From contig OZ076415.1 in assembly GCA_964187785.1 (NCBI GenBank), positions 70,370,001-70,434,000 on the forward strand: DNA of 64,000 bases, in the 5' to 3' direction. Position 1 is the first letter of the stretch. Every line of letters begins with the position of its first letter. Both the position numbers and the translations under genes were made by a program. This DNA comes from Amphiscolops sp. MND2022 (lineage: Eukaryota). This document shows positions 23,696 to 32,630 of the stretch, piece by piece. The notes under the pieces were generated by a model. The model searched no databases. It was not told the DNA's origin and saw nothing but the letters and a program-made list of their open reading frames with translations.

Positions 23696-26600
23696 CTATT
23701 GGCTTTCAGATTTGCGTTGCATGAATTTTAAAAGGGCGGGCTTTGCTTGCAGTTCGTGAACGAGGAAGTTGTCGAACGTTTTAGGCACAGGTGCCTCTCG
23801 AAGGGTGTATCGAGTAATGTTGTTGCGTGTTATCGGTGTAGGTGTTTCGGCAGATGATGTGGTTGACTCCGCATCATTATGTGTCGGAATTTGTTGTTCA
23901 GACTCATGATTAGGCAGCGATGTAGGTGGTTCGTCAGATTGAATTTCAGTTCTATTTTGGTACGTATTTTCGGTGCGGATGGCTTCAGGAAGCGGGTTAG
24001 ACAGAGGTGGGACTTCGTGAACCCGTTTGTGTTCATAATAAATTGTTCCGTGCTCGGAAGCGATTGCTTCAGTTTCGTTTGTGTCGAGTTCAAATGTGTT
24101 TTCAGCTGGCGGTGATCGTTCGATTGCAGGCAGATTATCGTTGAATATTGACTGATCGTCAATTGCGTCAGGATCACTGTAATGTCGGTTTACGTCATCA
24201 GTCACGTCTTCAATTTTGTCGTGAGGTACAAATGGGCGGAGCCGCATTCTATGTACGCACTGCGTCTTGAAGGTACCGATTTTTCGGATGATATAATTCG
24301 ATTGTGTCAAGACCTTAACAACCTTGTAAGGTCCTTCCCATTTGAAAGAGTTGAAAGGGATTTTTTCTGATTGTGTGGTGATTTTAGGATTCAGTAAAAA
24401 AACAAAGTCGTTTACTTTTAATGGTGATGCTTGTGCCTTTCGGTCATAGTACGCTTTGTACTTGTGAAAGGCTCGGATGATATTGGTGTGAGTTTCTTTG
24501 AATTTGGTGTTCAGGTTGTCCACTAACGACTGTGTATCAGTGGCATTCCTCGGGGGACTAAGAGGGTTGCCAAATTTTAAGTCTAGTGCGTTGTATGGCA
24601 CGCGGCCGTGGAAGACTTCAGTCGGTGAACATTTCAGAGTTTGGTGGTAGGTCGTATTGTGCGCCATCACAGAGAGGTTGACGTATCGGTCCCACTGAGG
24701 GCGGTCGGCAGAGACGTTTATTTTCAGAATCTGTTTCAAACGTTGATGCGACCTTTCGATCATCCCAATAGTTTGGGCATGTTTGATTGTCGCGTGGGAA
24801 ACTTTTATCCCAGCCTTTTCCATCAGTTCAGTTATTACTTGTGAGGTGAAGGCAGAACCTTTGTCAGTGATGATGTGTTTTGGCGCATATGCGTGTTTTG
24901 TGAAAATGTCTAGCAGAGCCTCGACGACAGATTTTGTGTCAGGTTTACGGATTGGGATGGCAAACAGATATCGTGAAAAGTAATCGCAGGCCGTCAGAAT
25001 GTGTGAGTACCCATTAGATCGCGGTAACTCACCTACGAGATCAATTTCCAGAACGTCTTCGGGACCATTGCAAGGGTCGTATATCGGTTCTAGCGGTGGT
25101 TTCACGGTGTTAGGTTTCACAGGTTTAGCTTTAATACAGTCTTGGCAGTTGTTTACAAAGTTTTGGACCTTTTCAGCTAAGTTCGGGATGTAGTACCTTT
25201 TCCTTAGTTCACCTAACATTTTGGAAGCGCCAGGGTGTCCCTGCATGGGGTCGCCATGCATCGTCCTGATTATGGCTTCCGTAGTTTCTGGAGGAACTAC
25301 AATTTGTCGGTAAGCTAAGTTTCCTACGTTGTCAAAAAACTGCCTGTACAACGCGTTGTTCACTACTTCAAGTCTTTTACGGTTCTTAAAGAGTTTTTGG
25401 AAAAAGGTACTTGTAAAGTTCACTTGGTTCGGAGGAGTTTCTTGGACAGTAAGGATCCTAATTACACGTTGAACGTCACTGTTTTCGCCTTGAGCCTTAA
25501 CAATTTCTGAAGTCCCCGAAGGGCATACCTGATTTACCGCGTGAACCTGGTTCCGTTGGCAAAATCGGGTGAAGAACAGTGCTGGGTCAGAGGGCGTTAC
25601 AAATGGTTGCACCTGGGTTTTGATGTCATCAATGCGTCTACGGTACTGTTCGTCGTCTTCGTGACACCATTGAGGGAACATCGCCAAGAGTGACTGCATC
25701 GTTGGATTTGGTGATGTAGTAGCATCAGGCACATTCGTCGCGTCTGGAATGTAATCGTCTTCCTCATCGTCCTGTTTGGGTGTTTTTGATGCCAAGTCAA
25801 TTTCGACCTTGAAGACTGGTATCTCGTCGTGTAGCTTGAGGTGGATCCTGTCCTTTGGGTGGATGTCGATTCTGGACAGGTAGTCAGCTGCTGGGTTCTC
25901 GACTCCAGGTACATGGGCCAGGACGAAGTCGAATTGGAGGGCCTGGTCGCAGTAGTTCCACAGTTTAGGAGGTATTCGTTTAGACTGGAAGAATCTTGTG
26001 AGGGCTTTGTTGTCAGTCATGACGATTGTCGGTTTCTTCACTCCCCACAAGATATGAGCGAACTCATCAAATGCGAAGTGCATAGCCAGGAACTCTTTTG
26101 CATACATCGTGAGCGACATCTGGCCCTCAGTAAACCTTTGTGAACCAAAGTCTACTGGTGCGTATGACTTCGTCGGTCCGTCATTCGTCTCAGTGTAATC
26201 CTCGATCAAGAGAACGTATCCAGCTGCATGCTCGCTAGCATCGCACATGATCACTAGTTGTTTGTCCGGAAGTGGTAGTCGCAGGGACATCTTGGCTGCG
26301 TTTGCTAGGTTCTCATTGATGTCGAACATGGCATCTTTGTGGACTTGCGTTAGTTCGAATTTGGCGTCTTTCTGTAGGAGTTTGTAGAGTGGAACAAGTT
26401 TTTCTGCTAGGCATGGAATGTATTGGCGGTAGAATTGGACGAATCTTATGTATCGTTGTAAAGATTTCACAGACGTCGGTAATTTGATGTTTTTCAAAAA
26501 CTTGTCAATTTTTTCTTCGATTGGGGCAACTCCCTTGGAGGTGATGCTACGTCCCAGGAATTCTATCTCAGGGTGTCCGAAAGCACATTTGGCCATTGAC

Positions 26601-28345
26601 AGTTTTAGGCCAGCTTGTTTGATTTTCATGAACACAGCCTCAATGTTGTTGACTAGCTCTTCGACATTGTTGGCTGCAATGCCGATGTCATCGACGTATT
26701 GGGCACATTTGTCGGCCTTGACCAAGGGGTCCAAGTACTCTCGAACAGTGCTGTTGAAGGCTGATAGTGATCGATTCAATCCTTGGGCTAGTCTGAGGTA
26801 GGCGAACGTCCTACTTCCGAAGTTGAAAGCGAGTAACTGGACTGACTGTTCCTCTGCCATTTGCAAACAATGGTATGCTTGTGAACAGTCCAGTTTGCAG
26901 AAATATCGCTTTCCTGCCATGTGTTGTGCTGCGTCTGCCGTTGTCGTCACCGGATGGTTGTGCTGATTGTAGTCATTCTTCAGCAAGTGATTGATCCGTC
27001 TGAGGTCTACGAGGATTCTAAGCTTCCCATTTGGTTTGCGTTGGGCGAAGATGGGTGAAGAGTACTTGCTGTACGGCAATGTTGTGATTATGCCGTACTC
27101 CTGCATCAACGCCAATTCAACCAGTAAGTCGTCTTTCAGGTTCGTCGGTGTGGGTAAGCTTTGAGCATAGACTGGTTCGTCGTGTTTGGGAGTCAACTTT
27201 ATCTTGAATTCGGTGTTGATCCCTATGTCCAGTCTATGTCTGGCGAATATATCATGGTACTTGACCAATAGGGCCTCGATTTTCTGTTTCTCGTGAAGGC
27301 TCAGTATTGATTGTTCCCACTGGAAATTTGCCAGAAATTCATGGCGTTGTTCTTCACTTGCTGTTGGATCTAGTTTCTCCTCGGCCCTGAGTTTGACGAT
27401 TTCGTCATAGATTCGTTTTTCAATCTTGTTGAGTTTTGACGGGTCGTCACAAGTCTCAGGTGTAGGGTACCATCTTCTATCTGATTTGGTAGTCGGATCC
27501 TGGAAGATTTGGTTCAAGACAGCTTCGGCATCATCTGGGTACTGGGAAATCAGGTTTAGTTGGTGATTGGTCATCGGTTGGAGGTTGTTGGCTTGCTTCG
27601 GTGTCATTATTTTGAATGATGCCACTGGTGTACCCACATTGATGGTAATTTGGTAGTCGAGTGGGTTTGTGATCTGGACATGAGTCCGCCCCTCCTGGGT
27701 CTCGTTGAGAGCCGGAGAAACCAACAGATGTGAGCGTCTTTCAAAGGCTGGTAGTCCTTCGACAGTGCCAGTGATGTCGCCTAGGTCGCGTTCAATCACC
27801 ACCGGGACGAACACTTGTTGATTGGGTTGGATCACAGTCTTTTGAGTTGTCTTCAATTCGAGTAGTTTGTTTTTGAATTTCCCGTTGACTGTTCGTAATT
27901 GGAGGGTGATGTCCGGGAATTTGACGATGTTGTTGGCTAAATCCAGGGTAACGGAGTATTTTTTGAAGAATGACATTCCGATGAGTATATTCCCCATCGT
28001 TGGGAGGACCATGAATGTCTCTTCGAAGATTTTTCCCCCGATGAAGAATCGTAGTAGGACTTGTTTCCTCACTGGAACGATGTTTCCATTGGCGATTTGG
28101 ACTTTGAACTCCGGAGCAGGGAGTTCCTGGAGGAGGGCGGCTGGGTGGGCTGTGAGGATGCGGCGGAGTTCCGCTTCTGAGAGAGCACTTTGGATTGCTC
28201 CCGTGTCAAGTAGTCCGAAGTTTTCATATTCGCGGAATTGAAGTGGTACGTATAACATCTTGTCCTTTTTGTTGAGTTGCAGGGTGGCACTCAACTGGCG
28301 TATTTCGGACTTCGGTTTCTTCTGTTGGTTTCCTGGTTTTGACAT
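23696..28345 (-). CDS. pol: Gypsy Pol polyprotein (PR-RT-RH-INT); frame is open upstream to 28651
   Basis: PR LLDTGA; RT KLDCSQAY and QYVDDI; RH MCDASEHAAG and MTDNKAL; INT HGDPMQGH...CQDC, IDL, TDKG, IERSH; GPY/F-like WEGPYKV. No stops over 1549 aa. Confidence 0.97.
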   Translation of the reverse strand: MSKPGNQQKKPKSEIRQLSATLQLNKKDKMLYVPLQFREYENFGLLDTGAIQSALSEAELRRILTAHPAALLQELPAPEFKVQIANGNIVPVRKQVLLRFFIGGKIFEETFMVLPTMGNILIGMSFFKKYSVTLDLANNIVKFPDITLQLRTVNGKFKNKLLELKTTQKTVIQPNQQVFVPVVIERDLGDITGTVEGLPAFERRSHLLVSPALNETQEGRTHVQITNPLDYQITINVGTPVASFKIMTPKQANNLQPMTNHQLNLISQYPDDAEAVLNQIFQDPTTKSDRRWYPTPETCDDPSKLNKIEKRIYDEIVKLRAEEKLDPTASEEQRHEFLANFQWEQSILSLHEKQKIEALLVKYHDIFARHRLDIGINTEFKIKLTPKHDEPVYAQSLPTPTNLKDDLLVELALMQEYGIITTLPYSKYSSPIFAQRKPNGKLRILVDLRRINHLLKNDYNQHNHPVTTTADAAQHMAGKRYFCKLDCSQAYHCLQMAEEQSVQLLAFNFGSRTFAYLRLAQGLNRSLSAFNSTVREYLDPLVKADKCAQYVDDIGIAANNVEELVNNIEAVFMKIKQAGLKLSMAKCAFGHPEIEFLGRSITSKGVAPIEEKIDKFLKNIKLPTSVKSLQRYIRFVQFYRQYIPCLAEKLVPLYKLLQKDAKFELTQVHKDAMFDINENLANAAKMSLRLPLPDKQLVIMCDASEHAAGYVLLIEDYTETNDGPTKSYAPVDFGSQRFTEGQMSLTMYAKEFLAMHFAFDEFAHILWGVKKPTIVMTDNKALTRFFQSKRIPPKLWNYCDQALQFDFVLAHVPGVENPAADYLSRIDIHPKDRIHLKLHDEIPVFKVEIDLASKTPKQDDEEDDYIPDATNVPDATTSPNPTMQSLLAMFPQWCHEDDEQYRRRIDDIKTQVQPFVTPSDPALFFTRFCQRNQVHAVNQVCPSGTSEIVKAQGENSDVQRVIRILTVQETPPNQVNFTSTFFQKLFKNRKRLEVVNNALYRQFFDNVGNLAYRQIVVPPETTEAIIRTMHGDPMQGHPGASKMLGELRKRYYIPNLAEKVQNFVNNCQDCIKAKPVKPNTVKPPLEPIYDPCNGPEDVLEIDLVGELPRSNGYSHILTACDYFSRYLFAIPIRKPDTKSVVEALLDIFTKHAYAPKHIITDKGSAFTSQVITELMEKAGIKVSHATIKHAQTIGMIERSHQRLKQILKINVSADRPQWDRYVNLSVMAHNTTYHQTLKCSPTEVFHGRVPYNALDLKFGNPLSPPRNATDTQSLVDNLNTKFKETHTNIIRAFHKYKAYYDRKAQASPLKVNDFVFLLNPKITTQSEKIPFNSFKWEGPYKVVKVLTQSNYIIRKIGTFKTQCVHRMRLRPFVPHDKIEDVTDDVNRHYSDPDAIDDQSIFNDNLPAIERSPPAENTFELDTNETEAIASEHGTIYYEHKRVHEVPPLSNPLPEAIRTENTYQNRTEIQSDEPPTSLPNHESEQQIPTHNDAESTTSSAETPTPITRNNITRYTLREAPVPKTFDNFLVHELQAKPALLKFMQRKSESQ

Positions 28346-28626
28346 AGTGGTTCGTTTCTCATCATTCGGTTGGTCAGGCAGTGTGCGATCTGAAATCGGG
28401 TGTTGGATGTTGTGGGCTTCAGGTCTTCGTTTGGTCTCCTTCGGTTTAATGGTGTAGTTGTCAGTTGAGTGTCTCGTGATGACGAAGTTAGTAGTTTCCT
28501 TAGTGTAAGTAGGAGGACGGGACTGCCACCCCGTGTGGTTTGCAGTATGTAGTCGGGTCAGAGGAGTAGTTTGTTGGTGTTCGTTTAGTAGCGCACTTTT
28601 GTATGTTTGAGGAGGATGACGTGGCT

Positions 28627-30162
28627 TTAGAAGTTTTTTGGATCTTCTACGTCATCGTGTCGTTCTGTTTCCTCAGCATCTTCGATGTCATCGTTGGCAG
28701 TGTGGGACATTTCATTGGCGTTGTAGACCCTACTGTTCGCCTGTTTGAAGTCCCTTCTAAATTGTCGGTTTTCCTCGGTCGATTGCTTAGGGTACGGGAC
28801 GCTTCGGTAGGCGTACGTCCCCGTGTTCCTGTAGTAGCAATCTCGGGCGGAGTATCCCACTTTGCCACAAATTTGGCACACAAGTTTGGGATTATATCTG
28901 GGCTTGATCTCTTGAGTTTGGGCGAGTTGGGTTGGTTGTTGCTGGTTTTGGCCCTGGGGTTTGGTTTGTGCTTCCTCCCGGAGGCGTTTCCTGCACTCAA
29001 CCCACTTGTGGCCATGTATTCCGCAGTGGCGACATTGGCCATCAAATTTTCGTTTTGCCTCCCTGGGTTGTTGGGTTTGGACGTTTGATGTCTGAGGTGT
29101 GGCTACATTCGGCTGGGGTGCGCTTATCTGATTGAATGGTTGCGCACTGGTTGTATTAGGAATGAGCTGCGCATATTGACATCTGCGCTGCACAAATGTC
29201 CTGATCTCCTCCATCGATGCATCATGTTTGCCTGCCATGGCCAAATCGTTTTGCATTTGAACGGGGAGTTTCGCAAATAGAAACGTCTCTGTAATATCGC
29301 TGGACTTGTCCCCAAATGCCTGCTTTGCGACTTTTTTGAACTTGTTGAGGAAGTCATTGAAGGTCTCTGCTGAAGGGTCGTAGCGCATCTGGTCGAATTT
29401 GTATTTGGCCACTTCCTTCAAATCTTCTTTTGCGTATTTCTTCTTGAAGTAACGCAGTACTTGGGCCAGTGTTGTCTGGTTCGTTATTTTCAGCGATTGC
29501 CAAAATTCAATTGCATCGTCGCGTAACAGGCTCTGGAAGTATGTCAGTTTCTGTTCTTCTGACAATTTGTGTTGGTGTGGCCTGAGGTGGTTGAGCAGCA
29601 GGTGCTCAAACTCGTTGTACTTTTCTCGGTTTCCGCGGAATAGTGGGACTTGTGTGTGCAAAATTTTTGGATGTTGCACCGTGTCCGTCATCGTGTCCCT
29701 CAGGTGGTGGATTACAGTGACAATGTCGTCGAACTGCTGAGCGGATGACTGAGGGTATTGTGAGGTGGATTGGCGTGGTGGGTTCGGTAGTTGGCTGGTT
29801 GTTGGAACTCCTGTTACCACGTCGGAACGTGTATCAGATTCATTTGATGTGGTGATGTTAGGTACGTTCCCTTCTCTATTGCTAGAGGATGGCTTTTCAT
29901 TAGACGATATTTTCTCGGTCAGAGCAAGAACTAAGTTTGTCAGTTCATTTATTTGTCTAGTCATTTCAGTAAATCTCTGATTTACTACTCGACGTTCTGA
30001 CTCGCCACTGTAATCCAATAAATTCCCGTTGTCAAACTCACTCATCTGTTCTCTCGTGAGAACTTCTGGGACACTGCTCTCACTTTCGGTATCGCTATGT
30101 CGATCTGTTCGGCACATGAAGGTATGCTGGTTGTCTGTTACTTGGGATCTCGTATTAACCAT
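28627..30162 (-). CDS. gag: Gypsy Gag (511 aa), initiating inside the 5' LTR
   Basis: Capsid-like region (FRGNREKYNEFEH, LLRDDAIEFWQ); zinc knuckle CRHCGIHGHKWVEC and variant CQICGKVGYSARDC. The ATG at 30162 lies within the LTR 29820-30851. Confidence 0.93.
   Translation of the reverse strand: MVNTRSQVTDNQHTFMCRTDRHSDTESESSVPEVLTREQMSEFDNGNLLDYSGESERRVVNQRFTEMTRQINELTNLVLALTEKISSNEKPSSSNREGNVPNITTSNESDTRSDVVTGVPTTSQLPNPPRQSTSQYPQSSAQQFDDIVTVIHHLRDTMTDTVQHPKILHTQVPLFRGNREKYNEFEHLLLNHLRPHQHKLSEEQKLTYFQSLLRDDAIEFWQSLKITNQTTLAQVLRYFKKKYAKEDLKEVAKYKFDQMRYDPSAETFNDFLNKFKKVAKQAFGDKSSDITETFLFAKLPVQMQNDLAMAGKHDASMEEIRTFVQRRCQYAQLIPNTTSAQPFNQISAPQPNVATPQTSNVQTQQPREAKRKFDGQCRHCGIHGHKWVECRKRLREEAQTKPQGQNQQQPTQLAQTQEIKPRYNPKLVCQICGKVGYSARDCYYRNTGTYAYRSVPYPKQSTEENRQFRRDFKQANSRVYNANEMSHTANDDIEDAEETERHDDVEDPKNF
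28633..28639 (-). promoter_or_regulatory. -1 ribosomal frameshift slippery heptamer A_AAA_AAC
   Basis: Gag ends CCA AAA AAC TTC TAA. The -1 frame (AAA AAA CTT CTA AAG...) is the pol frame and has no stop from 28651 to 23696 (translated by hand). Confidence 0.85.
29806..29819 (-). promoter_or_regulatory. Gypsy primer-binding site TGGTAACAGGAGTT
   Basis: Begins with TGG directly after the 5' LTR end. It resembles the complement of a tRNA-Leu(UAA)-type 3' end, but the tRNA identity is inferred. Confidence 0.8.
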
Positions 30163-30851
30163 TTTGAAGAGATATTGGATTTTTGAGGTTGTATTGATTG
30201 ATTATGAGAAAGGTTAAGTATTTTGGTAACAAATCGTGTTTAACTGAGAGGTACGTACTTAGCAACTGTATCGCAATCTATCGCAAATTCTACTGATGTT
30301 ACTATTTCACTTGGTAATAATTATGGCGACGTTGGTCACGTGACCACATCAACCAATCATATTTCTATTTTTCGTTCGCACCTTTGTTAGTAATTGCGCA
30401 ATATGGTCGCAGCACCAAAATGAATGTAGTTACGTTGCTATGGTTACATGACTCAAATTTGGTATAATGATGTGGTTGCACTACTAGCATCATATATGTG
30501 AATGGTTAATGTATATAATTGTTTACATGACTAACTGCACCAGAACGAAATCTGATGATGGTGTATCAGCCACATTACTTTCACTTTTAACTAAAAGTTC
30601 ACGAGATTGATTTAAATAACATGTTTACCAAATGTATGAAATATGGGAGATAATAGTAAAGTTATTTGGGGAATGAATAGAAATGATGCTTTTTAGCAGA
30701 TTCGAGTTCGAGTTTTATGATGTGGTTGACTTCACCACATTCTTCCCTTTCATCATCATTCTTTTACTGTTTTGACATTTTGTTTCTAGTTCAGGTATGC
30801 AGGATGGTTGACCACATCATTGTTTGATATTTTCATGCGTCAGGCATGACA
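29820..30851 (-). repeat. Gypsy 5' LTR
   Basis: Starts TGTCATG on the minus strand and ends CCGACG (CA changed to CG). Contains the palindrome GGTCACGTGACC and a CCAAT/ATTGG motif upstream of the gag ATG. Confidence 0.95.
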
Positions 30852-30856
30852 CCGCC

Positions 30857-31543
30857 TCCTTTACTGTACATGCAGCTTTAGTCAAGAATAATTTTCTTGT
30901 GTTTCTAAATGGGAAAAAGTGGTTTTCGAGTCTTATGAGTATCCCTTGGGGGTATTTCTCGGCACTGGGAAGTTCAAAAATTCCAAAAATTGCGTCCTTT
31001 GCATATTTACCAATCTTGGTTTTTTGGCACATGAGCGGAGTTCTGACGTGGGCTTGTCTTGGCTTGTTTTTTATAAAGTTTTTGATACGCGTAAGGGCAA
31101 CGTTTTTGTTCGTCTGTTCAGCAACTTGAACTACGGATGTACAAAACACTCCAGACGTCAGAACCTCGTCCAAAACAAAACAGACGTCCAGAACCTCGAA
31201 AACATTCTGAGGATCCAGACTTTTTTGGATCCAGAATGATTTATTCCCGAAACTTCTTTATTACACCAAAAGGTACGCCTTCAATTCTTCTTAAATTTTT
31301 GCAACAATCCCAAAGGGTCCCTCTTTTACATCTTTTGGCACTATGATACTGTTCAAAATTATCAATTTTCGTTTTTTTTTCGAACATTTTGTAATGTCTC
31401 CAAAGGGTCCCCAATCAATTTTTTTCATATTTTGCAACAAACTGGAGCTTCAAGAAGCCCAAAGACCTTTATATAATTTTAAAAACTTTGCGTTTTTTGA
31501 GCATTAGATTTAGAGCCGACTTTGTCCGTTTCCTACGTGTTTT
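30857..31543 (-). mobile_element. HINE-like family copy, head portion
   Basis: Reverse complement of 31500-31543 is AAAACACGTAGGAAACGGACAAAGTCGGCTCTAAATCTAATGC, a diverged family head; AAGGGTCCC internal blocks are present. Confidence 0.5.
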
Positions 31544-32274
31544 AAGTGACTGAAGTTAGTTTGTTTTTGAAGTACAGCTGAGTTATTTGGAGATCGCATC
31601 ATGTAAATTGCGCCTATTCTAGAAATCATCTTTCAAAAAACTTCCTCAAATCCTCAGTATGGGAGACAACCGGAAACAACCAAAATTTTTTGAAGAGCAT
31701 CTTGACAAAAATCCCTTGAAATGCCTTACTAAGTGTGAACGAGCCTTCCTACTGGCAAAACAACATAAGCAAGAAACATATTGAGAATGTCAAGATTTAT
31801 AATTCTCATTTTTATAAACTTCAATGTTAAAATAGTGCAATTTCCTGATAAAGCATCGCGCAAAAGCAATTGGGGCCGGAATACGTGAGCTCTATGAGGT
31901 GAAAAGTTTTGTTGAGGAATAAACGTCACCGGTAAAAATGACACGGTTTCCTGGAGCAGAATGAACTTCTAAAATAGGCTGCAAAGAAGCATAAGACAAC
32001 CAAATAACGCTGACACTCGATGAACCTACTGTGTATTTCCGAACAAAACGGCCACTTTGTACCTCAAGACACAGCACCTCATCACAAACATCAATACTTG
32101 GCATTTTATCCCAACTTCTCCTGAAATCATGTTCAAGGATGCACTATTGTCCAAAAGATAGATTTTGCTTCAATTTAAATGTAAACTGTTTGTTTAAAAT
32201 TTCAAACTTTCAAGTTTGTACTATCCTATATGACAAGAAGGAAAAGTTACCGCTGGTTTTATTGGAAAAACAGT

Positions 32275-32630
32275 AACAAGCCGGGAACAACCCAAGTCAA
32301 CGCCCGCTCAAGGCGCAAAAAGGGCTAAGAATCACTTTGGAAAATCTTCGGTGCTACTGAAATTTTTCTTCATATGAAAACAACAAAAAAAACTTGGGAA
32401 AAAGATGGGCACTTGGGAAAAGTTTCCAAACAAATTGCATAGTGTCAACATATTTCAAAAGGATCTTTTGCTACCTTTTAGTGCAATGATCTGCTTCCTA
32501 TACACGTTTTCGACTTGCTCAGTGATAATAATGGACCACGAACGAAGTTGAACGAAGTTAAAGAAACAAAGAACACTCGGTGTGAAGCTGAAAGCAAAAG
32601 AAAACAAGACGGGAACGTCTCAAGTCGGTG
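32275..32630 (+). mobile_element. Two adjacent HINE-like heads (32275 and 32603)
   Basis: AACAAGCCGGGAACAACCCAAGTCAACGCC at 32275 and AACAAGACGGGAACGTCTCAAGTCGGTGCCCC at 32603. Confidence 0.55.

Larger units (their letters stand above)
15590..30851 (-). mobile_element. Full-length, young Ty3/Gypsy LTR retrotransposon (15,262 bp) with antisense cargo gene
   Basis: 1032-bp direct repeats 15590-16621 and 29820-30851; perfect TSD CCGCC at 15585-15589 and 30852-30856; uninterrupted gag and pol ORFs; PBS next to the 5' LTR; 7.07 kb of extra sequence between pol and the 3' LTR. Confidence 0.96.

Noticed and set aside
28603-29088. Plus-strand 161-aa ORF (also 27867-28241 and 26448-26801)
   Set aside because: Antisense shadows of gag/pol with no recognisable motifs or splice support.
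31560-32270. Short minus-strand ORFs (31729-31944, 31892-32104)
   Set aside because: No motif or consistent splice pattern.
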